A stretch of DNA of 57,152 nt, from contig NC_069001.1 of NCBI RefSeq assembly GCF_001194135.2, positions 15,319,444 to 15,376,595 on the forward strand. The letters are read 5' to 3'. Shown here in pieces: positions 1 through 12,090 of the stretch. A program made the position numbers and the translations under genes. The stretch comes from Octopus bimaculoides (lineage: Eukaryota). Below the pieces are notes generated by a model. It did no database searches. It was given only the letters and a program-made list of their open reading frames with translations, and was not told the DNA's origin. Each line of letters opens with the position of its first letter. Position 1 is the first letter of the stretch.

Positions 1-130
1 ACATATGATGGGCTTCTTTCAGTTTCTGTCTACCACAAGGCTTTGGGTCAGCCTGGGGCTATAGTAGAAGACACTTGCCCACGGTGACATGCAGTGAGAC
101 TGAACCCAGAATCATGTGGTTGAGAAGCAA
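1..130 (-). mobile_element. SINE family A head fragment
   Basis: GGGCTTCTTTCAGTTTC...GACACTTGCCC...ACTGAACCC as in other copies. Confidence 0.75.
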
Positions 131-750
131 CCTGTTGACTTGCTTTTCTAAAGGCATTTTTTAAAAAAATAAATTTCTTTTTCATTTTGCTATGTTTAGA
201 TCTGATCTAAAAATTAAAGATGCATGGCTTTATGGCTATGACCATTAGACACCAAAGCCAAATTTAGAAAAAAAGGTCCCTAGCTTAAGTCCAGCCAGAC
301 CTTACGCACAAAGACAGCTGATAACAATCACGGAACAAAACGGTGGTTGGGAAGGTGGGGGGAGCAGAAGCTGGAAAGAATGAATTTTCCGAGAACCATT
401 TCAGACACTTTTACAAAGCTCCTATAATCACACACACATGCATGTACAGACAGGCATACGCACACACACACACGCATGTACAGACAGGCATACGCACACA
501 AGCAGACTAACACACACACACACACACACACACACCAACTTTTAAACATATTGTATTTACTAACACCAGATGGATAATGTGTCAATTCACTACAGCTGTT
601 TCCAACAAATTTTTAATTGATTAATGGAGACATTACATCATTAAAAATTCATTGGAAACAGCTGTAGTGAATTGACACATCCATTTGTTGGTATTTGCTA
701 ACACTTCAACAAATCAACAAAAGGCTGCAATTTCCAGCTTAAATGCTTAC

Positions 751-834
751 CTGAATAAAAGCGAGGACAAGGCCTGCAGCTGCAATTTTCGCCAAATTAC
801 TCCTTGACCACTCAATAAATGCATTGGCACAACC
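751..834 (-). CDS. CD63: Tetraspanin coding exon 6 (GC motif, start of TM4): GCANAFIEWSRSNLAKIAAAGLVLAFIQ; final exon lies left of the window
   Basis: 84 bp, TTTCAG acceptor, GTAAGC donor, phase 0. No matching terminal exon seen in 1-750. Confidence 0.93.
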
Positions 835-949
835 CTGAAATAGAAATAAAAGCCACAATTTATGATGGGCATTATCAAATTATGCTAATGGTAAATAAAA
901 TGTTGATGACTGATACATCTAGTAAAGGCAATATAGTAACAACCATTGC

Positions 950-1250
950 AGGTGTGTGGTTTGGTGGTTAGGGCGTTTCACAATCATAAAACCAGAAGTT
1001 CGGTTCCTGGCAGTGCATTGTGTCCTTGAACAACATTCTATTTCACATTATTCCAGTCCACTCAGCCAGTAAAACAGAGTCATACCTGTATTTCAAAGGG
1101 CCAACCTTATGTTGTGTCACACTGAATCACTCTGAGAACTATGCTAAGGGTACATGTGCCTGTGGAGTGCTCAGCCACTTCCACACTAATTACATTGAGC
1201 AGGCTGTTCTGTTGATTGAAACAACTGAAATCCTCATCATTGTAACTAGA
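950..1250 (+). mobile_element. tRNA-derived SINE, family B
   Basis: Head GTGGTTAGGGCG...GTTCGGTTCCTGG, then GTGTCCTTGAACAACA and TTCAAAGGGCCA...AGCAGGCTGTTC. Shared with 22218-22445, 24525-24662, 44478-44790 and 46422-46600. Confidence 0.75.
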
Positions 1251-1623
1251 GTGTTAGTGTGTTTTAGGGTTTTTTTCTTTTTGTGTTTTAGAGGAAATTG
1301 TATCCTGTCAATGACACTAGCAGCAAGACAACAGTCTAACAAGATGTAAGAAGGTACACTCAAGCAAAAAAAAAAAAAAAAAAAANNNNNNNNNNNNNNN
1401 NNNNNNNNNNNNNNNNNNNNNNNNNNNNNNNNNNNNNNNNNNNNNNNNNNNNNNNNNNNNNNNNNNNNNNNNNNNNNNNNNNNNNNNNNNNNNNNNNNNN
1501 NNNNNNNNNNNNNNNNNNNNNNNNNNNNNNNNNNNNNNNNNNNNNNNNNNNNNNNNNNNNNNNNNNNNNNNNNNNNNNNNNNNNNNNNNNNNNNNNNNNN
1601 NNNNNNNNNNNNNNNNNNNNNNN

Positions 1624-1693
<70 letters not shown>

Positions 1694-2166
1694 AGAGAGA
1701 GAAAGAAAGAGAGAGAAAGAAAGAGAGAGAGAGAAAGAAAGAGAGAGAGAGAGAGAAAAGATAAGAAAAAGGAACTATATGAAAGAACCATTTTTTATAT
1801 GAACAACGCTAGCCCTTTGAAATACAGGTACTACTCATTTTTGCCAGCTAAGTGGACTGGAGCAACGTGAAACAAATCAATATGGCCTCTATTTACTCCA
1901 ACTTATTACACTTTTTTTCTGCAAAATAGGGGTAGTTTATCCTGTTCAGGCTATATTATTAGCATTATCCTGCGATTGAGAATTTTAAAATCACTTTAAC
2001 TTTCTAAGACATCTCAATGCTTCTAAAAGCGAACTTGGTTTGTTTACGTTTGTTGTAATTTGAATTTAATATATGAAATTGAGTTTATAGATCGTGTTTT
2101 ATTCTAAGGATTTTAGCAATCTTGTTTAGTGACTTTGTTGTCATCCATTTAGATATGGACACATAA

Positions 2167-2371
2167 CCCTTTCGTTACTGTATTTATTTCAAGATACTGT
2201 GTTTCTTTCAATTAATTTTAAATATAACAAAGAATTTAGTAAAATAACAGTTATCATTCAGCTCGTGTTAGGAACATAAATTGTGACTAAGGTTTGGTGG
2301 AAGATTTTAATTCAAAACTTATGAAAAGACATTTGTAGCTTAGATCCAGAGCCGGGTTCGTAACGAAAGGG
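2167..2371. mobile_element. piggyBac-type MITE
   Basis: TIRs CCCTTTCGTTAC / GTAACGAAAGGG; right flank TTAA, left flank ATAA. Confidence 0.75.
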
Positions 2372-2703
2372 TTAAATGCTTTTAATTTTCTTTTTATAAA
2401 GGCCAAAACAGTGCAAGTTATAAGAAATAATACAAATCAATGGTCTTTTACTTTTAACAGTTATTTTAATATTTCACGGTTAGGACTGCCTTCTTCAGGA
2501 AATCTTTAGAGGCATGCAGCTGATTGGCTACTACTGTAATGCTAGTTTGTGTATGCAATGCAACCATACATACATATATACGTACAACATTACAGAATAG
2601 AAAAGTCAGCTTGCGACACCATTTCTCTAAAACCCACACCAACATGGAAAAACAGATGTTAAATGATGAAGAATATGAAAAATACACAAAATTGTAGACT
2701 TAC

Positions 2704-2829
2704 TTTTGTGTATCTGTCCGAGCTTGTGGTATTGCATGCCTTGTCATTCTTGCAGCACGAAACTGGCAAAGTAGAATTCTGAAAAACCGTGTACCATTCA
2801 GTGTATGTCTTTACACCACAGCATTTAAA
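2704..2829 (-). CDS. CD63: Tetraspanin coding exon 5 (LEL variable region): FKCCGVKTYTEWYTVFQNSTLPVSCCKNDKACNTTSSDRYTK
   Basis: 126 bp, TTTCAG acceptor, GTAAGT donor, phase 0. Has CCG, PxSCC and two N-glycosylation sequons (NST, NTT). Confidence 0.96.
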
Positions 2830-2984
2830 CTGAAAGAGAAAGAAACTTGATAGTCTTACAATCCCTCAATATCAATTTAACTTTAAAAAAATGTAAACCC
2901 TCCCCTTCCCCTTCAGACATCTTAATTCTGAAGAAACATTTAAGGGCGAATTAAGCTGATCCTTATTTAATTTATACAAATATA

Positions 2985-3197
2985 TGAGGGGGTGCTGAAA
3001 AGTTCCTGGCTTTGGTTAAAAGAAAATACAGGAGGATCAGTTATGCTTTTATTCAACATATTCCCCTCTCAAATTCACACACTTATTACAGCAGTCCTTC
3101 AGTTTTTCTAAACCCTGTCAAAGAACTCGAAAGGTTGGGCCTAAAACCAGGCCTTTCGCAATACCCTTAAAACCAGGAACTTTTCAGTACCCCTTCA
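2985..3197. mobile_element. Mariner-type MITE with TA TSD
   Basis: TIRs TGAGGGGGTGCTGAAAAGTTCCTGG / CCAGGAACTTTTCAGTACCCCTTCA flanked by TA at 2983-84 and 3198-99. Second copy at 31100-31318. Confidence 0.85.
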
Positions 3198-3468
3198 TAA
3201 TGAAAGACATGCACCCAGACACACACACAATGGGCTTCAGTACAGTTGGCAGCAACTAAATTTCATTCAAAGCATTGGTTAACCCAAGGCTGTAATAGAA
3301 GATAGCCCAAGGTACTGCACGGTGGAGATCAAACTGGTACAAAAGCAGTCATATCTGCATTCATGAAAACAGAAAAGCAAAAAGAACACAAAACAACTTT
3401 ATAAAAGAATTTAATTTTTTTTGAAAAATGGAACCCCACAAAAGAGGAAAAGGAGGAAGAATAGTTAC

Positions 3469-3564
3469 ATCAGTTTGAACATCATCCCAAGTTTTCTTGA
3501 CACCAGGTGAGTGAAGATAATTCTTTTCGGCTTTTGTCATGGTGTCAGTAACGGCGTTTTCAAG
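3469..3564 (-). CDS. CD63: Tetraspanin coding exon 4 (large extracellular loop helices): LENAVTDTMTKAEKNYLHSPGVKKTWDDVQTD
   Basis: 96 bp, TTTTTCCAG acceptor, GTAACT donor, phase 0. WDxxQ motif precedes the CCG exon. Confidence 0.92.
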
Positions 3565-4917
3565 CTGGAAAAATGAACACGAGTTGACATCAGTTGGAAG
3601 GAAATCAAATCAATGAAGCAATTACTTAAAATTTCCCGAACAAATCAATATGGCCTCTATTTACTCCAACTTATTACATACACACAAATTGTATTAGGGT
3701 TAATTATTATCTTCATTAAGAGTGAGAACCAACAAAAATGTTATGCTGACGATGTAAGTTCAGGTTACTCCCAAAGTAGGTTCTGAAAAGGAGAATCCAG
3801 GGCCCTCCGTTGTTTAATGTCCGCTTTCCATGCTGGCATGGGTTGGACGGTTTGACTGAGGACTGGTGAGCCAGAAGGCTGCACCAGGCTCAATCTGATC
3901 TGGCCCTGTGCAAACAAATTTCTAGGGTTTGGCAAGAAATGCAAAATAAAAAAAAAGATACTATTTTCAAAATGCGCGTATATGTATGTATAAAGACATA
4001 TATATATATATACATACATACATGGAGTACAGATAAAATTATGTTTAATGATGTAATGTCATAGGTATATGCAATAAGCACGTTTGTTTACCACTAAAAC
4101 TCCGAATTGAACTGCAGCTAAAACAAAAGTGGTAATGAAACCATCAAACAATGAATAGCTATCAGTGACTAACCACTGATCAGATAGACATTAGAAAGAA
4201 AAAAAAATGAACAAATAAGACATGGTATCACTTTAAATAGTTTAATTTATAATTCAAACAGAATTGCAGAGTTGTAAATGTGCATAAAGATCTTATAGCT
4301 CGTATATATATTGCATATCCTTTTGAGCAAAGATTTCCATATAAAATCAGAGAGAAAGAATTAAAAAAATATTCTTAAGAGGCTATTCCTTAATTCTTTG
4401 ACAATGGAACTGTAACTATTAATATCCTTTAATGATATTCCTTGATTATTCCTCCCGGAAGACAGAGTAGTTGGCTTTTATATAGGAATCTTTGCTCAAT
4501 GAGGTATGCACAGCTATTCTAGAAACAGCTGTAAGAGACTTTATGAACATTTACTATAACTGTCATATTTGAATTATAATTATATGCTCTGAAGTGATAC
4601 TACAGGTCTTGCCTGTTCATTTCATTTTATTTTCATTTGTTTAGCTTTTATTTATTTTTTTTTTCCATTTTTTTAAATTTTTGCTTTTATTTCTGTTTAT
4701 TTCCCCATCTCATTTTTAGAATTAACCTTCCTACATTGAAGGTTAATGATCAGCAACGAATTCAAGATCGTCTAAAGAAATGAAAATAAAAAAAATCATG
4801 GAAATATAAAACAATGGAAAAAATAAAAAAGGAGAGAAAAAAGGTTATAATTTTAAAATTCCTTAAAATAAATGAACACAAATTTAGGGCAAATATGAAA
4901 ACACAATATTAACTTAC

Positions 4918-4992
4918 ATCACTGCGCATAACAAAGGCAGCAATTCCACCAGCCAGTTGGAGAATGAAAATCAAGGCCAAAAGAACAGCAAA
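4918..4992 (-). CDS. CD63: Tetraspanin coding exon 3 (TM3): FAVLLALIFILQLAGGIAAFVMRSD
   Basis: 75 bp, polypyrimidine tract plus CAG acceptor, GTAAGT donor, phase 0. Hydrophobic helix with a polar Q at the usual TM3 E/Q position. Confidence 0.93.
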
Positions 4993-5293
4993 CTGAAATA
5001 GAAATTAAATTGAGTCTGAGGCTTAAAAACATTGATTATATTGTAGAGAAACAACTGAGAGAATACAAAAGAACACATGAGAGACATCACTTTTCCACTG
5101 TGTCTAGCTTCACCTGCCTAGTTCATTGGAGGGGAGGCACTGCAGTAATGCATTGTGGAGTGCAGAGAACAAAATGAGGCAAGTAAGTCATTCGCAACAT
5201 CCATCACCAGTTGTCTCAACCTGGTCTTGCCACTGGATTGAAGAATGGTTACAGATGAGAGTGAGGCTGACTGTGTGCAACTCTTCTCTTTAA

Positions 5294-5507
5294 CCCTTTT
5301 GTAACCATATTTTTCTTGAAATACACTGAACCAGTTTCAATCAATTTTGAAAGTAATGAAGAACTTAGTAAAATAACTGCCATTATTAAGCAAGTTTTCA
5401 AAATTAACACGAGATCTTGATGGATAGTTTCAATTTAAATAATTTTAAAACAGGAAATTTGTATTATAAAACTATAGACGGTTTTGGGTAAATTGGTATC
5501 AAAAGGG
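5294..5507. mobile_element. piggyBac-type MITE with TTAA TSD
   Basis: TTAA|CCCTTTTG ... CAAAAGGG|TTAA; interior similar to 2167-2371. Confidence 0.8.
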
Positions 5508-6135
5508 TTAACATGCAAGACATCATCAGTCATTCATCCTTAAGGATGATTAATTGATCCTCATCCATCCAACAGACAAACATATGTCTTGAATTTCAGA
5601 GAGTTGAAGTATGCAAAGCGGTTAGTGCGAGGCTTGAGATAAAATTGAAAGGGAAAGACAATACAGATGACAAATGAGTCAAGATGGCCTGAGTAAGAAA
5701 TGCTCAGAGACCAACCAACTCCTGAGGAACTGAAGTCACTATAGTGGTAAGAGAAAAGACATAGTGAGGAGAGGAGGAAGTACTCGTGAGTGCCAGAGAT
5801 TGGAGTCTGTTAGTGTTGATCAGTCAAAACACCTTAAATAAACACCTGAAGAATGTGTTTAAGAATTAGAAAAAGGTTTCTTATTAAAAGAACAAAAAAA
5901 ATCTCCAGATGCAAAACAGTAAGGGTGAGAAAGAAGACTATGCAACATTCAGGACTCGCTTGAGGATTCAAGTTTTAAATCAGACTATATATTCAACTGT
6001 GGATAGGACTTGTGAGGCAGTTGCCACAGTTGACTCCCTTCAGTGGATTAATACACAATGAGACAATGTCCATGAGGTTTGTAGACCCTCAGACATGTGA
6101 GATCGATGAAGTCAATGTATGGAGGAGAAATACAT

Positions 6136-6170
<35 letters not shown>

Positions 6171-6999
6171 TCAGGCATGAAGGTGGTACCCATGACCCAT
6201 TACAGAGCTTTCAAGGCTGGTAGGTAGGCAGAGAGAAGATATTCTCAAACCAAACACCTGACCTGAATATATTTGCAATAACATGGGCATAGGTAAAGGC
6301 AGTCACAGTACCAGGTGTGTGTGTGTGGGGGGGGTGAGTCTTAAACCAAGTGACAGAATAAGTCTACCACCCGAAGAGGTCATGGCAGGGTTTGAACTCA
6401 GGATGTAAAGAAGAAAACAAACACCGCAAAATATTCAATCTGACATTCTTAAGGTTCTGCCTCTACACAGCCTTGGGCTACTACTTTTTATTCATCCCCG
6501 AAACAGATGATGGGATCTGAACTCCACATGTAAAGCACTTGAACAAGTACCACATGGTATTCTATCCAACCCACTAACAACAGACGGTCATGTTGGTGTG
6601 CCTGTGTCATGGTGATTTTAATTGCCAGGTAGTATTATACTGAACCCCTGATGAAAAAAAGCAAACTTTACCATGGCAGGATTTGAACTTTGAACATAAA
6701 AGGACAGTAAATACCAAAGATATTTTGTATAGTGTTCTAATGATTGTGTCATTCCATCACCAGGTCCAGCAAACAAGAAAACAGAAAAACTTTGCTCTCA
6801 ACCAGAGAGCAAATTGTGGTGTTCAGCTGGATGGTGTATTAGGCCCACCACTCAAATCTTGTAGGTATGGTGGTTGTGCACAGCATAAAAGTGGAGTTAT
6901 AAGGCAGAGACAATTTTTATTGAGAAGCGAGCTGCATAAAGACATGGCTTGTCATTAAGTGGGCGACACTATGAAAACAAATTCAAAGTGATAGATGCA

Positions 7000-7346
7000 G
7001 ACATGACAGTGTGATAAGATTGCTTCCCATCCACATGCTTTTGGGTTCAGTTTCACTGTGTGACACTTTGGGCAAGTGTCTTCTCCTATAGCATCCAATC
7101 TTTGTGAGTGAATTTTGTAGATAGAAACTGAAACAAACCTCTGTGTGTGTGTGTGTGTGTGTGTACACCACTGCTTGACGTGTTGCAGTGTTTATATCCC
7201 TGTGACTTAGCGGTTCAGCAATAGAGATCAGTAGAATAAGTACCAAGCTTAAAAAGAAATGTACCGAGGTAGATTTGAGCAACTAAAATTTCTCAAGGTG
7301 AGTGCCCCAGCATGGCCACAGTCTAATGACTGCAACAAGTAAAAGA
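7000..7346 (+). mobile_element. SINE family A
   Basis: Colinear with 19685-20078; more diverged. Confidence 0.8.
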
Positions 7347-7594
7347 GAACAGAAAAATTAGATGTGCCATTCCGAAGGTCTCAGCAGCTGCAGGCTGCCC
7401 AAGACCGATTTCCTGGGAGAGTCTGCAGTGACAGTTATATATGCACAGACATGCATACATATGCAGGTGTCTGCAGATGCATGTACCTACATGCACATGT
7501 TTACATGACTGCATGCATGTGCAGGTCTTACACATTTCAGTCATTACACTGTGGCAATGCTAAGGCACTGCCTTAAAGACTTGGTCTAACTCTT

Positions 7595-7800
7595 CAATCC
7601 CAGGACTTCTTTTTTGTAAAGCCTCGTACTTACTCTATTGGTCTCTTTTGCTGAACTGCTAAGTTTCGGGTATGTAAACACACCAACTCCAGTTGTCAAA
7701 CAGTGGAGGGTACAAACACACACACAAAGACACAGAGGGCTTCTTTCCAGTTTTCATCTACCAAATTTACTCACAAAGCTTTGGTAAGCCCAAGGATATA
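7595..7800 (-). mobile_element. SINE family A, partial, inverted relative to 7000-7346
   Basis: GGACTT...TACTTACTCTATTGGTCTCTTTTGCTGAACTGCTAAG block. Confidence 0.7.
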
Positions 7801-7929
7801 GTAAAAGTTCTGCTACCTAGGAGATCAAATTAGTAGTGGGAGAGTATGTACAGAAAGTGTAGTAGCTTGAATAAGAATGAGATGGGGAAAATTCAGAGAG
7901 CTTTTGCGTCTATTAACCAAAAGTCTCTC

Positions 7930-8300
7930 TTCAAGTGAAAGGAAGATTGTATGATGTATACAAACAGCAATTTTATGTAGTAGTGAGACATGAGCCCTGA
8001 ATGCAATGGCTAGAGAAGAATGAGGCTAGTATGCACCACTGGATGCATAATCTAAGTGTACATGCTTGACAGACTGCTAGTGTATTGAGAGTGAAGTTAG
8101 ACATAAGAGGAATTAGATACAGTATGCAAGAGAGAAGAATATGCTGAGGTGCAGATGGATGCCAACAGCTCGATAAGGAAGTGCCAATCTCTCAAAGTGG
8201 ATGGAACTTATAAGAGAAGAGGAACCAGGAAGACATGGGATGAAGTACCAAAGGATGACCACATTTCAAATGAGATGTCAAAGGACCAAGATACTTGGCA
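7930..8300 (+). mobile_element. Older RTE LINE 3' fragment, same family as 51.2 kb
   Basis: MDANSSIRKCQSLKVDGTYKRRGTRKTWDEV aligns by eye to the 51.2 kb fragment. Confidence 0.65.
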
Positions 8301-8771
8301 CCAATCCATCTTCCACAGCAGAAGTGTTAAGGCCACTCCCCCTGGTGAAGAGGATTGGCCTGCAAGAGTCCTGTGCAGGTGCCATGTAAAAAGCATTTGT
8401 GTTGGTACCACGTAAAAGCACCAATGTCAGCGTCACATTAAAAGCTGCCAACACTCACTGTTGAGTGGCTGGTATTAAGATAGGCAACCAGCTGTGGAAA
8501 CCATGCCAAAGCAGACTGGAACCTGGTGCAGCTCTCCTGCTTGCCAGTTCTGGTCAGACTATCCAACATCCAACTGATGTGAGCATCAAAAATGGATGTT
8601 AAAGAATTATGAGGAGTTATAAATAAGATTGTTATTATGTATTTTTTTTTTCCGGACAAAGCCTGTTAATATGGTCAATGTTGAAAGAATGAAACTAATG
8701 AAAGGTAGGAAAGGCATTATTATTTCAAATAGCAAAAAGAAAAAAAAATGAGAGAGAACAGCAATACTTAC

Positions 8772-8960
8772 CACCATGGTGCAGACATTGTGTTCCTTAA
8801 TGGCTCCGCAACAACCAAATGCAGCAATGAAGAACATAATAACACCGACAACTATCAGCAGTATCGCCACCGAAGTCACCGGCGCATCAAAGAAATTCAA
8901 ATACCCTGAGAAGTTGGTCTGTACTACAATGCCAACTGCAATCAGTGCTATTGCAGCAAC
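8772..8960 (-). CDS. CD63: Tetraspanin coding exon 2 (end of TM1, small loop, TM2): VAAIALIAVGIVVQTNFSGYLNFFDAPVTSVAILLIVVGVIMFFIAAFGCCGAIKEHNVCTMV
   Basis: 189 bp, CAG acceptor (8963-8961), GTAAGT donor (8771-8766), phase 0. Contains the tetraspanin FGCCGAxKE motif. Confidence 0.96.
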
Positions 8961-9904
8961 CTGTAACAGAGAGAAAATATGCGTATTTTAATGTAAATGA
9001 AACACTGAGATGTCATTAACTGGAAAGGACATTTGGATGAGAAAAAATTTTTTAGTGGGGAGAGGCAATGTTAATGCAGGCACAGACATGGCTGTGTGGT
9101 TAAGGGGATTTGTAAACCCTTTGGTTTCAGGTTCAGTGCTACTGAAGAGCACTTGAGGTAGGTGTCTTCTATGGCCCGCAAAGCCACCCCAGTTTATGCT
9201 TTGTGAGGGAATTTGGCAAAGAGAAACTGTTCAGAAACCCATTATATATACATACACATTTACATACACAAATACTGGTGTTGGTACTACATTAAAAGCA
9301 CTAGTTCCACATAAAAAGCACCCAGTACACTCTGTAAGGTGGGTTGGCATTAAGGGAATCCAGCTGTAGAAACCATGCCAGAACAGGTGTAGCCCCTAGC
9401 TTCATTGGGTCCTATCAAACTGTCCAACCCATGTCAGCAATGGAAAATGGATGTTAAATGATCTGTGCACACACGAGATATATGTAAGTGTTGTAAGCAA
9501 ACCAACTGGTATTGGTTTGTTAACATCTCCATTACTTAGATTGGCAAAAGAGATCAATAAAATAACTACCAGGCTTAACAAAAAGTACTGGGATTGATCT
9601 GATCAACACTACCCTTCAGGCTGGTGCACCAACATGGTTGTAGTCCAATGAGTAAAACAAAATATTCATTCTTTTTCACTACCAACCCAATCAAAATTGT
9701 CTCTGGCTCTGTGATGCAAAACCCATGCATGCCTCTGTGTGTGCACGCGTGCGCATATATTTGTGTTCTGCAAAAGTCTTGTGTGGTGTTGTTACTTGTC
9801 AAATTGTCTACTTGCTTTGTACCTTCAAAGGAATATGAAATAAGAGACCCTGTACTTGGAAAAAGAAATTTTAAAAAGAAGGGTTAGCAACATCCAGCTA
9901 TATT

Positions 9905-10113
9905 CTCTTATTGCTGACTGAGGCCATGCAGGAGCACCGCCTTAAAGGTTCTAGTTAAAGAAATCAACCCCAGGGCTTATTCTTTGTAAGCCTAGTAGTT
10001 ATTCTATCAGTCCTTTTGTCAAACCACTAAGTTACAGGGACGTAAACACACCGACATGGGTTGCCAAGCGATGGTGGGGAGGGACAAAGAGAGAGAGAGA
10101 GAGAGAGAGATAA

Positions 10114-10144
<31 letters not shown>

Positions 10145-10147
10145 TAA

Positions 10148-10178
<31 letters not shown>

Positions 10179-10860
10179 TAAAGAGAGAGAGAGAGATAGA
10201 TAAAGAGAGAGAGAGAGATAGATAAAGAGAGAGAGAGAGATAGATAAAGANNNNNNNNNNNNNNNNNNNNNNNNNNNNNNNNNNNNNNNNNNNNNNNNNN
10301 NNNNNNNNNNNNNNNNNNNNNNNNNNNNNNNNNNNNNNNNNNNNNNNNNNNNNNNNNNNNNNNNNNNNNNNNNNNNNNNNNNNNNNNNNNNNNNNNNNNN
10401 NNNNNNNNNNNNNNNNNNNNNNNNNNNNNNNNNNNNNNNNNNNNNNNNNNNNNNNNNNNNNNNNNNNNNNNNNNNNNNNNNNNNNNNNNNNNNNNNNNNN
10501 NNNNNNNNNNNNNNNNNNNNNNNNNNNNNNNNNNNNNNNNNNNNNNNNNNNNAAAGAGAGAGATAAAGAAAGAGAGAGATAAAGAAAGAGAGAGATAAAG
10601 AAAGAGAGAGATAAAGAAAGAGAGAGATAAAGAAAGAGAGAGATAAAGAAAGAGAGAGATAAAGAAAGAGAGAGATAAAGAAAGAGAGAGAGAGATATAT
10701 ATATAACAGGCTTCTTTCAGTTTCTACCTACCAAACCCACTCACAAGGCTTTGGTAGGCTTGAGGCTATAGATGACACTTGCCCAAGGTGCCATGCAGCA
10801 GGGCTAAACACTGAACCATGTAACTGAGAAGCAAGCTTCTTAGCACACAGCTATGCCTTA
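9905..10860 (-). mobile_element. SINE family A with an expanded internal (GA/GATA/AAAG)n tract and gap
   Basis: Tail half 9905-10085 and head half 10705-10860 flank the microsatellite. Confidence 0.75.
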
Positions 10861-11671
10861 GTGTGAGATGCTTACAGCACCTAGGTTTTCCAAGTGGTCA
10901 CCTAGGTTTCCCCTTGCAGAATTTATTCCAGCTGTGTGTGCCAAGTTCAAATTGCACTGATGCCTACTAGTGCAACAGACTTATTCATTGCCAAATTTTA
11001 ACACCATCACCTGACCTCTGGGTGACTTTAGTAAGATAGAAGGGATGGAACAGATGGGGCCCAGAAGCTGCAATGTGTTGGTGAGTGAGCCTTGATGAAA
11101 TATACACAAATCTAAAGAAAGCTCAAATACAATGCAATGGTTAACAGCACGAAATACTTAGCACCTAATATAGAATTTAATATTTACCTTAACAGACTTT
11201 AAGACAAAATTCAATATAACTGGACCCTAATATAAAATCTAATTGTATGTAGGCCTTACTTAACCCACATCAATTCTGATCAAAGTTATGACTGAGAAAG
11301 TGGGAGTAGAGGTTCTCTAGAAACTGGCATTGCCCATGTATTTTTCATTATTTAAGATGGTAAGGCGTGATTCAAAGAAGTTTTGGCTGTTATTTTCAGC
11401 AGGTCAAGTGACAACTGAAAGGTTACCTCAAGGAATAGTGTTCAATTCAGCTCTAAAATCAAAACCCTGGAAGAAACTTCAAAAAGCCAACTACCCAACG
11501 AATAGCTCAATTCAAAAACCAATTTGACAACAGCATAACCAGTACCAGTAATGATGACAAAAGACAAAATAAGTGATTAATCCTCAAACATGGACCACCC
11601 AGCTTCTAAAGCAGTCCTAACCCATTACTTATCAGATTGTCAAATATAATGCTTATTTATTCAGATCAGAC

Positions 11672-11829
11672 ACAGGAATGGATGCATAGTAAGAAGCTGG
11701 CTTTCTAACCACATTGTTCTGGATTCTGTCTCACTGTGTGGCACCTTGGGCAAGTGTCTTCTACTATAGCCTTGAACTGATCAAAACCTTTTGAGTAGAT
11801 TTGATAGATGAAACCTGAAAGAAGCCCAT

Positions 11830-11876
<47 letters not shown>

Positions 11877-12090
11877 GTGTGTATCTTCGTGCTTGTCCCC
11901 CAATACCACTTGACATCTGGTGTTGGTGGGTATGTTCCCATAACATACAGTTTGGCAAAAGAGACAGATCGAATAAGTACTAGGCTTTAAAAAATGTCCT
12001 GGGGTCAATATGTTCAACTAAAAACCCTTCAGAGCAGTGCTCCAGCATGGCCGCAGTCAAATGACAAACCAGTAAAGGAATAAAAGAATA
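11672..12090 (+). mobile_element. SINE family A
   Basis: Colinear with 19685-20078. Confidence 0.8.

Noticed and set aside
4721-4747. 10-bp stem ATTAACCTTC/GAAGGTTAAT in intron 3
   Set aside because: Short and AT-rich; plausible by chance in 57 kb.
5640-6130. Possible old LINE coding remnants (also 23.0-24.1 kb and 38.7-39.0 kb)
   Set aside because: Composition is suggestive but no diagnostic motif could be translated.
8607-8900. ORF-track 97-aa tetraspanin ORF as a standalone gene
   Set aside because: It is exon 2 read through the GTAAGT donor into the intron, with a non-ATG start.
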